The notes under the pieces are model-generated. The model had not been told where the DNA came from, did no database searches, and worked only from the letters and a program-made list of their open reading frames with translations. From an uncultured Spirochaetota bacterium (GTDB taxonomy: Bacteria > Spirochaetota > Spirochaetia > SZUA-6 > Fen-1364): a stretch of DNA of 64,000 bases. Positions 53,128 to 62,263 of the stretch are shown piece after piece. Positions within the stretch are counted from its first letter, which is position 1; the number at the start of each line of letters is the position of its first letter. Location of the stretch: assembly GCA_963781885.1 (NCBI GenBank), contig CAWAHW010000002.1, forward strand, positions 1,184,001 through 1,248,000, written 5' to 3'. Both the position numbers and the translations under genes were made by a program.

Positions 53128-53393
53128 TTATAAAGCGATTCTTTGCAGCAGATCGGTTGGAATCGAGCTGAAATGGCTGTCCTTGTGAACGAGTATTGCG
53201 TTATTGAGAGAAGCGCATGCGGCAATCAAGGCATCAAAAAGGGGGAGGCGCGCCTGGCTCAGAGAAGACAGTTCAAAGGCTCTCACTGCGACTGCTGTAT
53301 CAATCGCCATGACGCGCTCAGCCAGCGAGGCATAGGAAAGACTCATAGAGCGCGCTTGATCCACTGTATGTCCGAGTCCAACTGAGCGGGAGC
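53128..53393 (-). pseudogene. PIN/VapC ribonuclease remnant (C-terminal half)
   Basis: LPLFDALIAACA...LVHKDSHF; the 5' part is replaced by the IS21-like end. Confidence 0.75.
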
Positions 53394-53653
53394 TGGGGTC
53401 AGGTCAATTCCCCACCCTCAGGGCTGGTAGGGTCATGTAGATTCCCCGGGTTTCGCGGTTTCGCTCCGTCAGGGTCATTACAATTCCCCACCCCGACGAT
53501 CCCCGGTAGGGTGTCTCCAGAGGGGGACATCAAGGATGGGCTATCGAAGGATGAAGAAGCGCGACCTGTGGGAGACTACCGCCGATGGCAGGCCGGGCGG
53601 TCGCTCTCGCATATTGCCGCTAAAGAGCGGCGCGATCGACGATCAACTCTGAA
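53394..53653 (+). mobile_element. IS21-family left-end remnant and istA N-terminus
   Basis: Starts with TG; three copies of GGGTCA-N5/6-ATTCCCC (near 53396, 53430, 53472); then MGYRRMKKRDLWE/YRRWQAGRSLSHIA.KERRDR HTH. Confidence 0.65.
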
Positions 53654-53858
53654 GGTGAAAAACTGCACGGGCTATCACGTGAATATGGCCGCGCGGCTTG
53701 AGAGCATCACGCCCCCGGGCAGCGTCTACGCCACCCAGCAATTCGCCGCTCTCGCGTCATTCCAGGGCAACGCAAGCTTTGCATGCGACTATGTGGGCCA
53801 GATCCCCTTTCCTGAAGGATTTGGCTCATACCCGATCTACCTCGTGAGGAGGGAGTAG
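53654..53858 (+). pseudogene. Remnant of a second cyclase paralogue (C-terminal ~67 codons)
   Basis: Gap-free 198-nt match of 53654-53851 to 51273-51470, with many third-position differences. Confidence 0.9.
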
Positions 53859-53893
53859 CGCGTTCACCACAAACGGACGTACACGTGTTTGAC

Positions 53894-54586
53894 TCACTCC
53901 TGCCGATCGACCGAAGACGGGGATATTCCCAGGCGGGAAAGCGACCGCGCGGCTTCATCTCGAACTCTCTCGTCCCAATCCTTCAAGCATTCCTGGAGAG
54001 CTCCCACCGCCCGAGAATCCTCGATCTGGCCCAATGAATGAATAACGGCAATCCGTGTATGGACGTCGTACATTCCATTCCCGTGCGTCTTCAAGCTCTT
54101 TACGAGAGGCTCGACCGCATGCGGTTCGCGCAATAGTCCCAATGCGCGCGCGGCTTCGGTGCGGCGCCTGACGCCCAAGTCCCACACATGCTGGTCGGAA
54201 ATCCCCCGGCTCTCCTCCCGAGCCCACGACCTGTTGAACTCATCGTCATCGCCCTCATAATGAATCCTTCTTCGTGATGAGGTCATGCCTTCAGGATGCA
54301 GCTCGGTGATCCACAGCTCGAGCAATCGCGCCTTCAGGTCGGCATCCCGAACGCGTGCCGCCATCGTAACCAGGGCATCCACGGCGGCATGTGCTTCCGT
54401 GTCATCCTCAGCTCCGCGAGCGACAAGCAAGGGCTCCACGGCGCTGTCATCCCCGACCTCGCCCAACGCGGCTGCCGCCTTTGTCACGCTCATACGATCC
54501 TTGGAAGAGCGAAGGACTTTGATCAAGTTTTTCACGTCCGAGCGGGCCTTCATGCGATCGACGTTTGGCGGACCGAATATGCTCAT
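53894..54586 (-). CDS. HEAT/PBS-lyase repeat protein
   Basis: FGPPNVDRMKARSDVKNLIKVL; repeats AA.ALG..GD..AVEPL. SD GGGGAGG. Confidence 0.85.
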   Translation of the reverse strand: MSIFGPPNVDRMKARSDVKNLIKVLRSSKDRMSVTKAAAALGEVGDDSAVEPLLVARGAEDDTEAHAAVDALVTMAARVRDADLKARLLELWITELHPEGMTSSRRRIHYEGDDDEFNRSWAREESRGISDQHVWDLGVRRRTEAARALGLLREPHAVEPLVKSLKTHGNGMYDVHTRIAVIHSLGQIEDSRAVGALQECLKDWDERVRDEAARSLSRLGISPSSVDRQE

Positions 54587-54669
54587 CCTGCGACCTCCCC
54601 ATGCTTATGAATTATTCCGATTCCTCTCATCAACTTCACCTGCAGCGGACCTTCCCCGCCTTGGTGTGC

Positions 54670-54884
54670 AGCCGCCGTTTTCAATGTCTTTTCCACCATC
54701 TCCCGCAGCACCTCGCTGAGCTGGTCCTTCACCAACGCCTCGTCGATGCGTATAATCCTTTGCTGTGAACCTTCGTAGTTCATGACGCCCTCCTGAATCA
54801 GTCTGGTCCAGCAACTCAACTGAAGCAGAAGAAGGCGCCCTATTTCGAAGGACTCCAAATGTGCGAAAGATAGTATACGTAATC
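54670..54884 (-). mobile_element. IS256-family left-end remnant
   Basis: End GATTACGTATACTATCTTTCGCACATTT (54884-54857); SD AGGAGG; MNYEGSQQRIIRIDEALVKDQLSEVLREMVEKTL, then the frame breaks off. Confidence 0.65.
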
Positions 54885-55038
54885 CTGCCGGAGGCCGTAA
54901 AGTTGTGGGACCGCGCCACGGCGAGCAAGATCCCGGAAATTCCTGGCACAAATGGGATTGGCGGTCAAACGCCAGGGCGTGGCTGGGCCGCGTTCAAGCG
55001 TTATTATGAGTCCGTGAATATGGCAGAGGAGCTATGCG

Positions 55039-58000
55039 ATGACCAAAGCCAATGACCGCTACCATTCGCTACGTGGGCTTAGTCTCCCTCACGATGCCTT
55101 TGAGAAGCTGCCGAACATCGAGCGCTACCTCGACGCGGCAGTCGAGAAAGCGTGCGGCGAAATCGTTGCGAGCGGGCCGTTGCCTTGCATCGATGCGCGC
55201 TATGCATTTGCGTTCAACAAGATGGCGCGTGACAGCTATGAGGCGGGGCGAATTGGTGAGGCGGTGGGGCACTATACCCATGGGATCAAGCTGCTCGCCC
55301 TGCTGCTGAAGTCACCCCATGTGCTTGGCGCGTCCCGGTCGACGATCCCAGAGTTTCTCTCCGGCGTCTATTCCGACCGCGCGAGTGCCTGCTCTGATGT
55401 GAATGACTTCACAAACGCGCTCGCCGACTACGCTTGCGCGCTGCGTTTCGACAATCCACAACGCTGGGTCATACTCCTAAATCGGGCAGGAACATTTGAG
55501 CGAATCGGCGAGTTCCAGAGTGCGGAAAGGGATCTGCTGGAGGCGCAACGAATCGCCCCGAAGGCTGGTACGCCGCATGCAAACACGCATGGCACGGAAG
55601 CCCTCGACCGGATCGAGGAGTCCCTTGGACGCGTTCGTCTCGCGGCAGTCGGTCGCGGGGGGGGGTCGGAGGAGCCGCCGTCGCCTCCAACGCCAGAGGC
55701 AAGTGAGAGCGGGACCTCGCTCTACGGGGTTGGCTCGCCCAAGGTCGGCCTTGACGCCGCTCGGGCCGAGATCGCAGAGGGGGAGCCGCGCGTCATCCGC
55801 GTCTTCATTTCGTCAACCTTTCAGGACATGCAGGCCGATCGCGACGAACTGGTGAAGCGGACGTTTCCTGCGCTGCGCAAGCTCTGTGAATCACGTGGCG
55901 TTACCTGGGGAGAGGTCGATCTGCGCTGGGGCGTGACCGACGAACAACGCGCGGAGGGGAAAGTGCTGCCCCTCTGCCTCGAAGAGATCCGGCGCTGCCG
56001 GCCTTACTTCATTGGGCTGCTGGGGGAGCGATACGGTTGGGTGCCCGACGAGATTCCCAGGGAGCTGACCACGCGGGAAGAATGGCTGACGGAGCACCGC
56101 GGCGTTTCGGTTACCGAGCTGGAGATCCTGCATGGCGTGCTGAATGATCCCCAAATGGCCGACCGCGCCCTGTTCTACTTCCGTGACCCTGCTTACAGCG
56201 AGGGGAGGCCGGATGGCGAGCGAGCGCCGTATCTCGAGGCTCCGAACGCGGACGAGACTGCGCGCTTTGGACGAGAAGAGGCTGCGCGTAGGGCTGAGGA
56301 GCGCAGGCAGAAGCTGAAAGCCTTGAAAGGGCGCATTCGGGATAGCGGCCTTCCTCTTCGCGAGAACTACAGAGATCCACGCGAGCTTGGCGAGCTCATC
56401 TTGTCCGATATGACCTCGATTATCGATCGGCTCTTCCCGGAAGGCTCCGCGCTGGACATCCTCGATCGGGAGGCACGTGATCACGCTTTCTTCGCGCGCA
56501 GCCGCGCAAATGTCTACATTCGGCGACCTGCGTACTTCGAGCGTCTCGATCGTCATGTGGGGAGCGACGATCCGCCCCTGGTCTTGATCGGCGAATCGGG
56601 CTCTGGGAAGTCCGCGCTTGTCGCAAATTGGTCGTTGGAATATAGAAAGAAGCACCCGCGCGATTTCCTTTTGCTTCACTTCATTGGTGCCACACCCGAC
56701 AGCGCGCATTGGGCACCTATGTTGCTTCGGATTATGGGCGAATTCCATCGCCAGCTGGGCATTGTTGGCGAAGTCGGCGAGAATCCGCAGACACTGCGCG
56801 CGTCGTTTGCCCGATGGCTGAATATCGCCGCGGAGAAAGCGCGTATTACACTGATCCTCGATGGGCTGAACCAACTCGAGGACACCGATCAGGCTCTTGA
56901 CTTGAGCTGGCTGCCAGAAACAATCCCGAATAACATTCGGCTGATCCTAACCACTCAGCCGGGCCACACCTTGGATGTGCTGCGCGCGCGCGAATGGCCC
57001 ACCGCACTGGTGGAGCCTTGCACGGAAATGGAACGCGAGAAACTGATCGAACAGTATTTGCTGCAGTATGGAAAGGCGCTCAGCCCAAAGCAGATGAAGA
57101 CGATCGTTTCCGCGACGCAGGCCGGGAACCCTCTTTACACAAGAGCGTTGTTGGAGGAACTGCGAATGTTTGGGGTCCATGAGCAACTCGACCAGTGTTT
57201 CCAAAGCTATCTGCAAGCCGCGACGATCGATCAGCTCTTCGAGAGGATCCTTGCCCGTTGGGAGCACGACTATGAGGACCACCAAGCGCCCCAGCTTGTG
57301 GGCAGGGCAATGACGCTGCTATGGGCCGCGCGAAGAGGTTTGTCGGAAGCAGAGCTGTTGGAACTGCTCGGGACAGAGAAAGCGCCACTACCGCACGCCC
57401 TCTGGTCGCCGCTGCACCGGGCGCTTGACTCGCATATAGTCGACCGGATGGGTCAACTGGCTTTCTCGCATGAATACATGCGTCAGGCAGTACACCAGCG
57501 CTATCTGGCAAATGAGGAAGCAGCACGGGACGCGCATCGCAAGCTCGCAGATTACTTTGCGGGACGAGGTCTTACTCAGCGAAAGATCGAGGAAGAGCCG
57601 TGGCAAATGGATCGTGCTGGCGATTTCAAGTCTCTCGCGCGCCTGCTGTCTGATCCCTCGTTTTTCATTGCCGCGTGGCAGTCGAACCAGTATGAACTGA
57701 AGGCTTACTGGACACATATCGAGAAGCAGTCGGACGTGAGGTTAGCCACAGCATATCACGCCGTACTGGAGTCGCCTGAGAAGGTGGATCATGAGGCAGT
57801 ATGGAACATCGCGATGTTGCTCAACGACACCGGATCTCTTCCAGAAGCACTGCAGCTTCGACGTTACCTGGTCCGCTACTACCGGACGTCAGACGATCGG
57901 AAAAGGCTGGCGGGCGCGCTGGGTAACGAGGCCGCTTCGCTCATGGCTGTCGGGGACATGGCCGGCGCCATGCCCCTGGTTCGAGAACAAGAGCAGCTTG

Positions 58001-59274
58001 CCCGCGATCTGGACGACAAATATGAGCTTGCGAGATCGCTTGGTAATCAAGCGATCATCCAGCGGCACCTCGGCAATCTTGAGGAAGCGAGCAGATTACG
58101 TAAAGAGTGCGCGCTCGTGGCGAAGGAAATGGGCAACGACCTGCTGATGGCCGAGTCGCTTGCGGATCAGGCGTTAATCCTTGCCAAGACGGGCAACCTG
58201 CCCGAGGCGCTGGAAGTAGTCGAAGTGGCGGAGCGTGTTTTTTATGGATTGGGCGAAAAGCGGTCGTTGGCCATCGCTCTGCTCAATCACGCTTCGATGT
58301 TGAAACAGCAGGGCAATCTCCGAGGTGCCCTTGCACTCCACGAGAAGGCTGAGTGCTTGCATCGCGAGATGGGGGACAGGGAATTGGTCGCGAAATCGCG
58401 CGAGCTAGAGGGCGAAATCTTCGTCGCGCTGAAAGATCTTCGCGCAGCGTTGCAGTGTTTCCAGGAGCAAGAACGCCTGGCACGCGAACTGAGCAACATG
58501 CGAATATTGGCCTCATCCGTCGGGCGCCAAGGGCAAGTGTCCGCCCTGCAAGGCGAGCTCGATCAAGCCTTGCGACAGTTCCAAGAGTCCGAGCGATTAA
58601 GCCGTGAGTCGAGTGACCTGGTTCCAGTCGCCTGGTCGCTGATTCAGCAGGCGATTGTGCTGGCAGCCGAGAACGATCTCGATGGCGCGCTGAATCGGGG
58701 CAAGGAAGCCGAGAGCTTGTGTCGCAAGCTTGGGAACAAGCCACTACTGGCAGAGGCGCTCGACCGTCAGTCTCGAGCCTATGCTGCGCGCGGTGAAGGA
58801 AAGGTATGCCAACCGCTGCTAAAGGAACTAGAGCGCCTGTACCGCGAGCTTGGCGACAAGCCGCATCTGCAATCAACACTTGGCTCCCTGGCTGCCCTTC
58901 ATTACTCGGACGGCGACTTCGCTGCCACAATAACGCTGTTGAAAGAACAGGAAGCCCTCGCGCGTGAGCTCAATGATCTGGCGAGCGTGCAGCTTGCGAT
59001 TGGACACCGTGCGGAGATCTTGTTCCGAACCAACAACGTTCCGGCCGCGCTTGACGCGCTGGAAGAGAACGTTCGGCTGTGCCGTGAATCGGGCGATAAG
59101 GCCGGGCTGGTAAGAGTGCTCGGCAACCAGGCTGAGCTCCTGCACCGCAGCGGACAGTATCAACACGCACTGAGACTGGTCGATGAGGCGGCCGCTGTCG
59201 CTCAAGAAGCGCGTGATCTTCAATCGGCCTTGCGGATTGAAGACTTGCGCCATCGGATCCAGACACGTCGGTAG
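55039..59274 (+). CDS. NLR-like STAND NTPase: TPR, DUF4062, NACHT/AAA, TPR array (NPHP3/TEP1-like)
   Basis: IRVFISSTFQDM..DR, VDLRWGV, CLEEI..CRPYFIGLLGERYG, SVTELEI; Walker A GESGSGKS; Walker B LILDGLNQLE; GNPLY; many ~40-aa TPRs. Confidence 0.9.
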   Translation: MTKANDRYHSLRGLSLPHDAFEKLPNIERYLDAAVEKACGEIVASGPLPCIDARYAFAFNKMARDSYEAGRIGEAVGHYTHGIKLLALLLKSPHVLGASRSTIPEFLSGVYSDRASACSDVNDFTNALADYACALRFDNPQRWVILLNRAGTFERIGEFQSAERDLLEAQRIAPKAGTPHANTHGTEALDRIEESLGRVRLAAVGRGGGSEEPPSPPTPEASESGTSLYGVGSPKVGLDAARAEIAEGEPRVIRVFISSTFQDMQADRDELVKRTFPALRKLCESRGVTWGEVDLRWGVTDEQRAEGKVLPLCLEEIRRCRPYFIGLLGERYGWVPDEIPRELTTREEWLTEHRGVSVTELEILHGVLNDPQMADRALFYFRDPAYSEGRPDGERAPYLEAPNADETARFGREEAARRAEERRQKLKALKGRIRDSGLPLRENYRDPRELGELILSDMTSIIDRLFPEGSALDILDREARDHAFFARSRANVYIRRPAYFERLDRHVGSDDPPLVLIGESGSGKSALVANWSLEYRKKHPRDFLLLHFIGATPDSAHWAPMLLRIMGEFHRQLGIVGEVGENPQTLRASFARWLNIAAEKARITLILDGLNQLEDTDQALDLSWLPETIPNNIRLILTTQPGHTLDVLRAREWPTALVEPCTEMEREKLIEQYLLQYGKALSPKQMKTIVSATQAGNPLYTRALLEELRMFGVHEQLDQCFQSYLQAATIDQLFERILARWEHDYEDHQAPQLVGRAMTLLWAARRGLSEAELLELLGTEKAPLPHALWSPLHRALDSHIVDRMGQLAFSHEYMRQAVHQRYLANEEAARDAHRKLADYFAGRGLTQRKIEEEPWQMDRAGDFKSLARLLSDPSFFIAAWQSNQYELKAYWTHIEKQSDVRLATAYHAVLESPEKVDHEAVWNIAMLLNDTGSLPEALQLRRYLVRYYRTSDDRKRLAGALGNEAASLMAVGDMAGAMPLVREQEQLARDLDDKYELARSLGNQAIIQRHLGNLEEASRLRKECALVAKEMGNDLLMAESLADQALILAKTGNLPEALEVVEVAERVFYGLGEKRSLAIALLNHASMLKQQGNLRGALALHEKAECLHREMGDRELVAKSRELEGEIFVALKDLRAALQCFQEQERLARELSNMRILASSVGRQGQVSALQGELDQALRQFQESERLSRESSDLVPVAWSLIQQAIVLAAENDLDGALNRGKEAESLCRKLGNKPLLAEALDRQSRAYAARGEGKVCQPLLKELERLYRELGDKPHLQSTLGSLAALHYSDGDFAATITLLKEQEALARELNDLASVQLAIGHRAEILFRTNNVPAALDALEENVRLCRESGDKAGLVRVLGNQAELLHRSGQYQHALRLVDEAAAVAQEARDLQSALRIEDLRHRIQTRR

Positions 59275-59989
59275 CTCTCCCCACGCGTGATCGCGCTCAG
59301 AGGCCGATCCTTGAAAGTGGGCAGAATGAGACGCTTGAGTTGGGAAGAGCGCAGCACCGCACATGACCGCGAGAAGTGTCCGGAGTGACCTATGTTACGG
59401 GCTGTGCAGGGTGCCGAGGGGCTTGTGTGGGCGAAACCATTCCAGGGCAAGCCGATGCATGGCTCCCGAGGCAGAGGTCTCCCCCGGCTGTGCGAGCGGC
59501 ATCCGTTGTGGGGGCTCTGTCAGGCGGCGGGTTTCACAAGACTACGCATGCGCTCCTGTTGCTCAGCTCTGATCCGTCCCATCGCGATCCGGAGGAGGGC
59601 TATGGTGGGCGCTTGGGGGGGAGCAAATCGCACTTTAATCCATTATTTTAGCTGATCATAGATCCCAAAAACATTTGAACATAAGGGCGCAACAATTTGC
59701 ACCGAAGCGCGAACCGGCGCTGCCTTTGAGCAGAGTTTCGGGGATGTGTCGTGCAATACGGTCGAGGTTGGGCGCGTTTGTCCTATGGTCGCCATGGATG
59801 TCGCACTGGCTGTTCAAGATATACTTGCATCCAAATAGCCGCTTGGTCTTGAAGGAAAGAAAAGAGGGGGCGGAGAGCTGTTGCGGAACGCGCGATGCGT
59901 AAATAGCCTTGTGGGTGATTGTCACCTAAAGCCGAGCCTTCAATCATTTCTATTTTCTCCTGAGAAGCAGGATGGATTCTCCGTAAGCG

Positions 59990-60285
59990 AGTATCGCCGG
60001 CGATACTTCGACCAAGCGCAGCTCCAACCTGAGCGAGAGCATCAAAAAAGCGACTTGTGAAGTAGTGGACAAGAAGAAAGTCAGAGTTAACAGCTAATAT
60101 ATTACATAGCAAATAGTTAGAAGATTTATGTAAACAGGAATGAAGTTGTAAACGGCATAATTCCTTGATGCGAAACGAATTGAGAAAAGGCGTTTACATC
60201 CTTTATCTTGTCCTATGCATTTTGTCCTATGCACTTTATCATTCCATCTTGATATCGAAGTATCGCCGGCGATACTTCGAATATC
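59990..60285. repeat. Pair of palindromes bracketing an AT-rich, internally repeated segment
   Basis: AGTATCGCCGGCGATACTTCGA at 59990-60011 and 60259-60280; the second is part of the perfect 26-bp palindrome at 60255-60280. Confidence 0.85.
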
Positions 60286-60455
60286 TATGCAATGGACTGG
60301 GTTTTATGCTGCCGGCATGCTTGATGGATTACTTTCATCGTCCCCCCTGCGAGGCGGCAAAATCGGAAGACCCTTGAAGTGCAAGGACATATATAGCCGA
60401 GATTCCGCGTACCGCAATGTGGTGGTGATATAATGCCACAACTGAGGAGGCATCC

Positions 60456-60653
60456 ATGGATTTCAGGCGGTTTCGAGTGTACGTGGACGAGGTGGAAGAA
60501 GGGAAAGGTTTCGAGACGGATGAAGCTTTTCCCGTTCTATCCATGAGGGATGGGCAAGGAGGAGTAACGGAACTTCTTGTCCCGGATATCAAGAAAAAAC
60601 TCACTTGGGTGAAGATGAAAAACACAAAGTTCATGGGCTTGAGCAGAGTGTAG
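60456..60653 (+). CDS. Small hypothetical protein (65 aa)
   Basis: Extended -10 TGATATAAT (60425-60433), SD GAGGAGG, beta-rich composition. Confidence 0.65.
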   Translation: MDFRRFRVYVDEVEEGKGFETDEAFPVLSMRDGQGGVTELLVPDIKKKLTWVKMKNTKFMGLSRV

Positions 60654-60868
60654 GGAAACCGCGGCAGGCCCCTAAGAGATCGCACTTTGCACTGCCAGTA
60701 AGAAAGATTCGAGCCGTGAGCCTCCGAGAAGCCCCCCGGACGAACTTTTACTGACAGACACCCTCAGGGGGGGGGGCGCAGACCCTGCAATGGCCCGCTA
60801 ATAGCAGGCTATGTCATGACTGCATCGTAGCCCCTATGTTTGAAAGCACTGCGCCGCCAAAGGACTGA

Positions 60869-62137
60869 CTACCCGAGCAATCTCGCGAGATAGCGTGATT
60901 TCATCTGCTTACTTGCCAACGCCTGCTTCAAGAGAGGAAGCTTCAGAATAACGCCGAGCACAGCGGCCATGGCTCTGTGGCTGACATGAGCCTGGTTGTC
61001 GAAGATGAGGTGGGCAAGCGTGCCACGCTCAATGGCCATCACGACGGCCCGATGAGTTGAGTTGATGGGGCTGATGATTCGCTCACCCCGGCGTACGAGT
61101 GCCAGTGCATTCGTGCGGCAGGCGCGGACGCATACCCCGCATCCGAGGCACCGTTCGACGTCCACCCGTGCCTTCTTCGCTTTCGGCGCTCGCGCGTCGT
61201 TGGCGGAGACGAGGCCCATTGCCTCCACGGGACAGGCGGCAACGCACAGGCCACACCCGGTGCACATGGCGGCAGCGACCTCGGGGAGGTACGCGGTCGT
61301 CTGGATGGGGTGGAGGGTCCCGAATCGGCGTTGGGCGATCATCGCTTCGCAACAGCATCCGCAGCAATTGCAGATGAAGCTCACACCATTCTGGACGTTC
61401 TCGCCGAACTGGACGAGTCCGCAGTCCTGCGCCTGCTGCAGCAGTGCGAGGCCTTCCGCAACGTCTATCGCGCGAGCGTAATCGTGCTTTGCAAGCGAGG
61501 CCGCGGCGTCACCGAATGTCATGCAGATGTCTTTCGGAGCGTCGCAATCCCTGCCGATGTGCTGCATCTTGTGCCGGCAGTAACACACCCCCACTGCCCG
61601 GTGGGTGGCGCTGCGCACCACCTCGCTCGCCCGCTCCCAGTCGAGGACTCGCAGGTTCTCCTCCGGCGCAAGGACGGCTTCCTGTACGAAGGTGCGTCCC
61701 GGCTTGGTCTCGCCCGTAAAAAGCGCGCGGATGAACTCTTCCTCGACGTTCAAATACTGATGGAAAAGCTCCGCGAGCATCTTCTGGTCGATATCCCCCC
61801 GAATGCGCATCATCGAGAATTCGAAAGAGCCGGCCATGGGAGGGGGAAGGAAATAGGTCTGGTTGCCCTTGGGGTCCTCGGCATCGATAAGGATTGCGCG
61901 GTCCGCGAGCGCGTCGAGAGTCTTCTGCGCCGCGGCGATTGACGTGCGCCAGGCGCTTGCCGCCACCGCGGTCGTAAACGGCTTGATGGGGAGCTGGGCC
62001 ACGAGGGCAGCCTCGCGGTCGCTGAAAAGCATAGCGAGGATCTTGAAAAGAACCTCCGATGGCGGCGCCCCTTGCGGGAAGCGATTCAAACGCTCCACCA
62101 GAGAGCTATAGCCGGACTTCAACGTGTGGTGGGACAT
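60869..62137 (-). CDS. 4Fe-4S dicluster (ferredoxin) domain protein
   Basis: [37 protein letters not shown]. Confidence 0.9.
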   Translation of the reverse strand: MSHHTLKSGYSSLVERLNRFPQGAPPSEVLFKILAMLFSDREAALVAQLPIKPFTTAVAASAWRTSIAAAQKTLDALADRAILIDAEDPKGNQTYFLPPPMAGSFEFSMMRIRGDIDQKMLAELFHQYLNVEEEFIRALFTGETKPGRTFVQEAVLAPEENLRVLDWERASEVVRSATHRAVGVCYCRHKMQHIGRDCDAPKDICMTFGDAAASLAKHDYARAIDVAEGLALLQQAQDCGLVQFGENVQNGVSFICNCCGCCCEAMIAQRRFGTLHPIQTTAYLPEVAAAMCTGCGLCVAACPVEAMGLVSANDARAPKAKKARVDVERCLGCGVCVRACRTNALALVRRGERIISPINSTHRAVVMAIERGTLAHLIFDNQAHVSHRAMAAVLGVILKLPLLKQALASKQMKSRYLARLLG

Positions 62138-62263
62138 GATTTGTTTGATGGTATTACTTCGTCATCCCGTTGTACAAGCGCGGATGGTCAGCAGCGCGGA
62201 CAGCCAAGAAAGAGACATAAAGGTGATTGCAACTCGGCTTCAAATATCGCATCGTCCGCTGAT

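Noticed and set aside
53394-53495. Mini CRISPR array
   Set aside because: Repeats are short and degenerate and are followed by an istA-like start; better explained as an IS21 end. No cas genes.
59656-60377. Short ORFs in the AT-rich region
   Set aside because: No SD, motifs or coding-like codon pattern.
60735-60776. Possible IS end (ACTTTTACTGACAGACACCC) and a G10 tract as a phase-variation site
   Set aside because: No partner end or transposase seen; the tract is intergenic, and homopolymer length is unreliable in this assembly.
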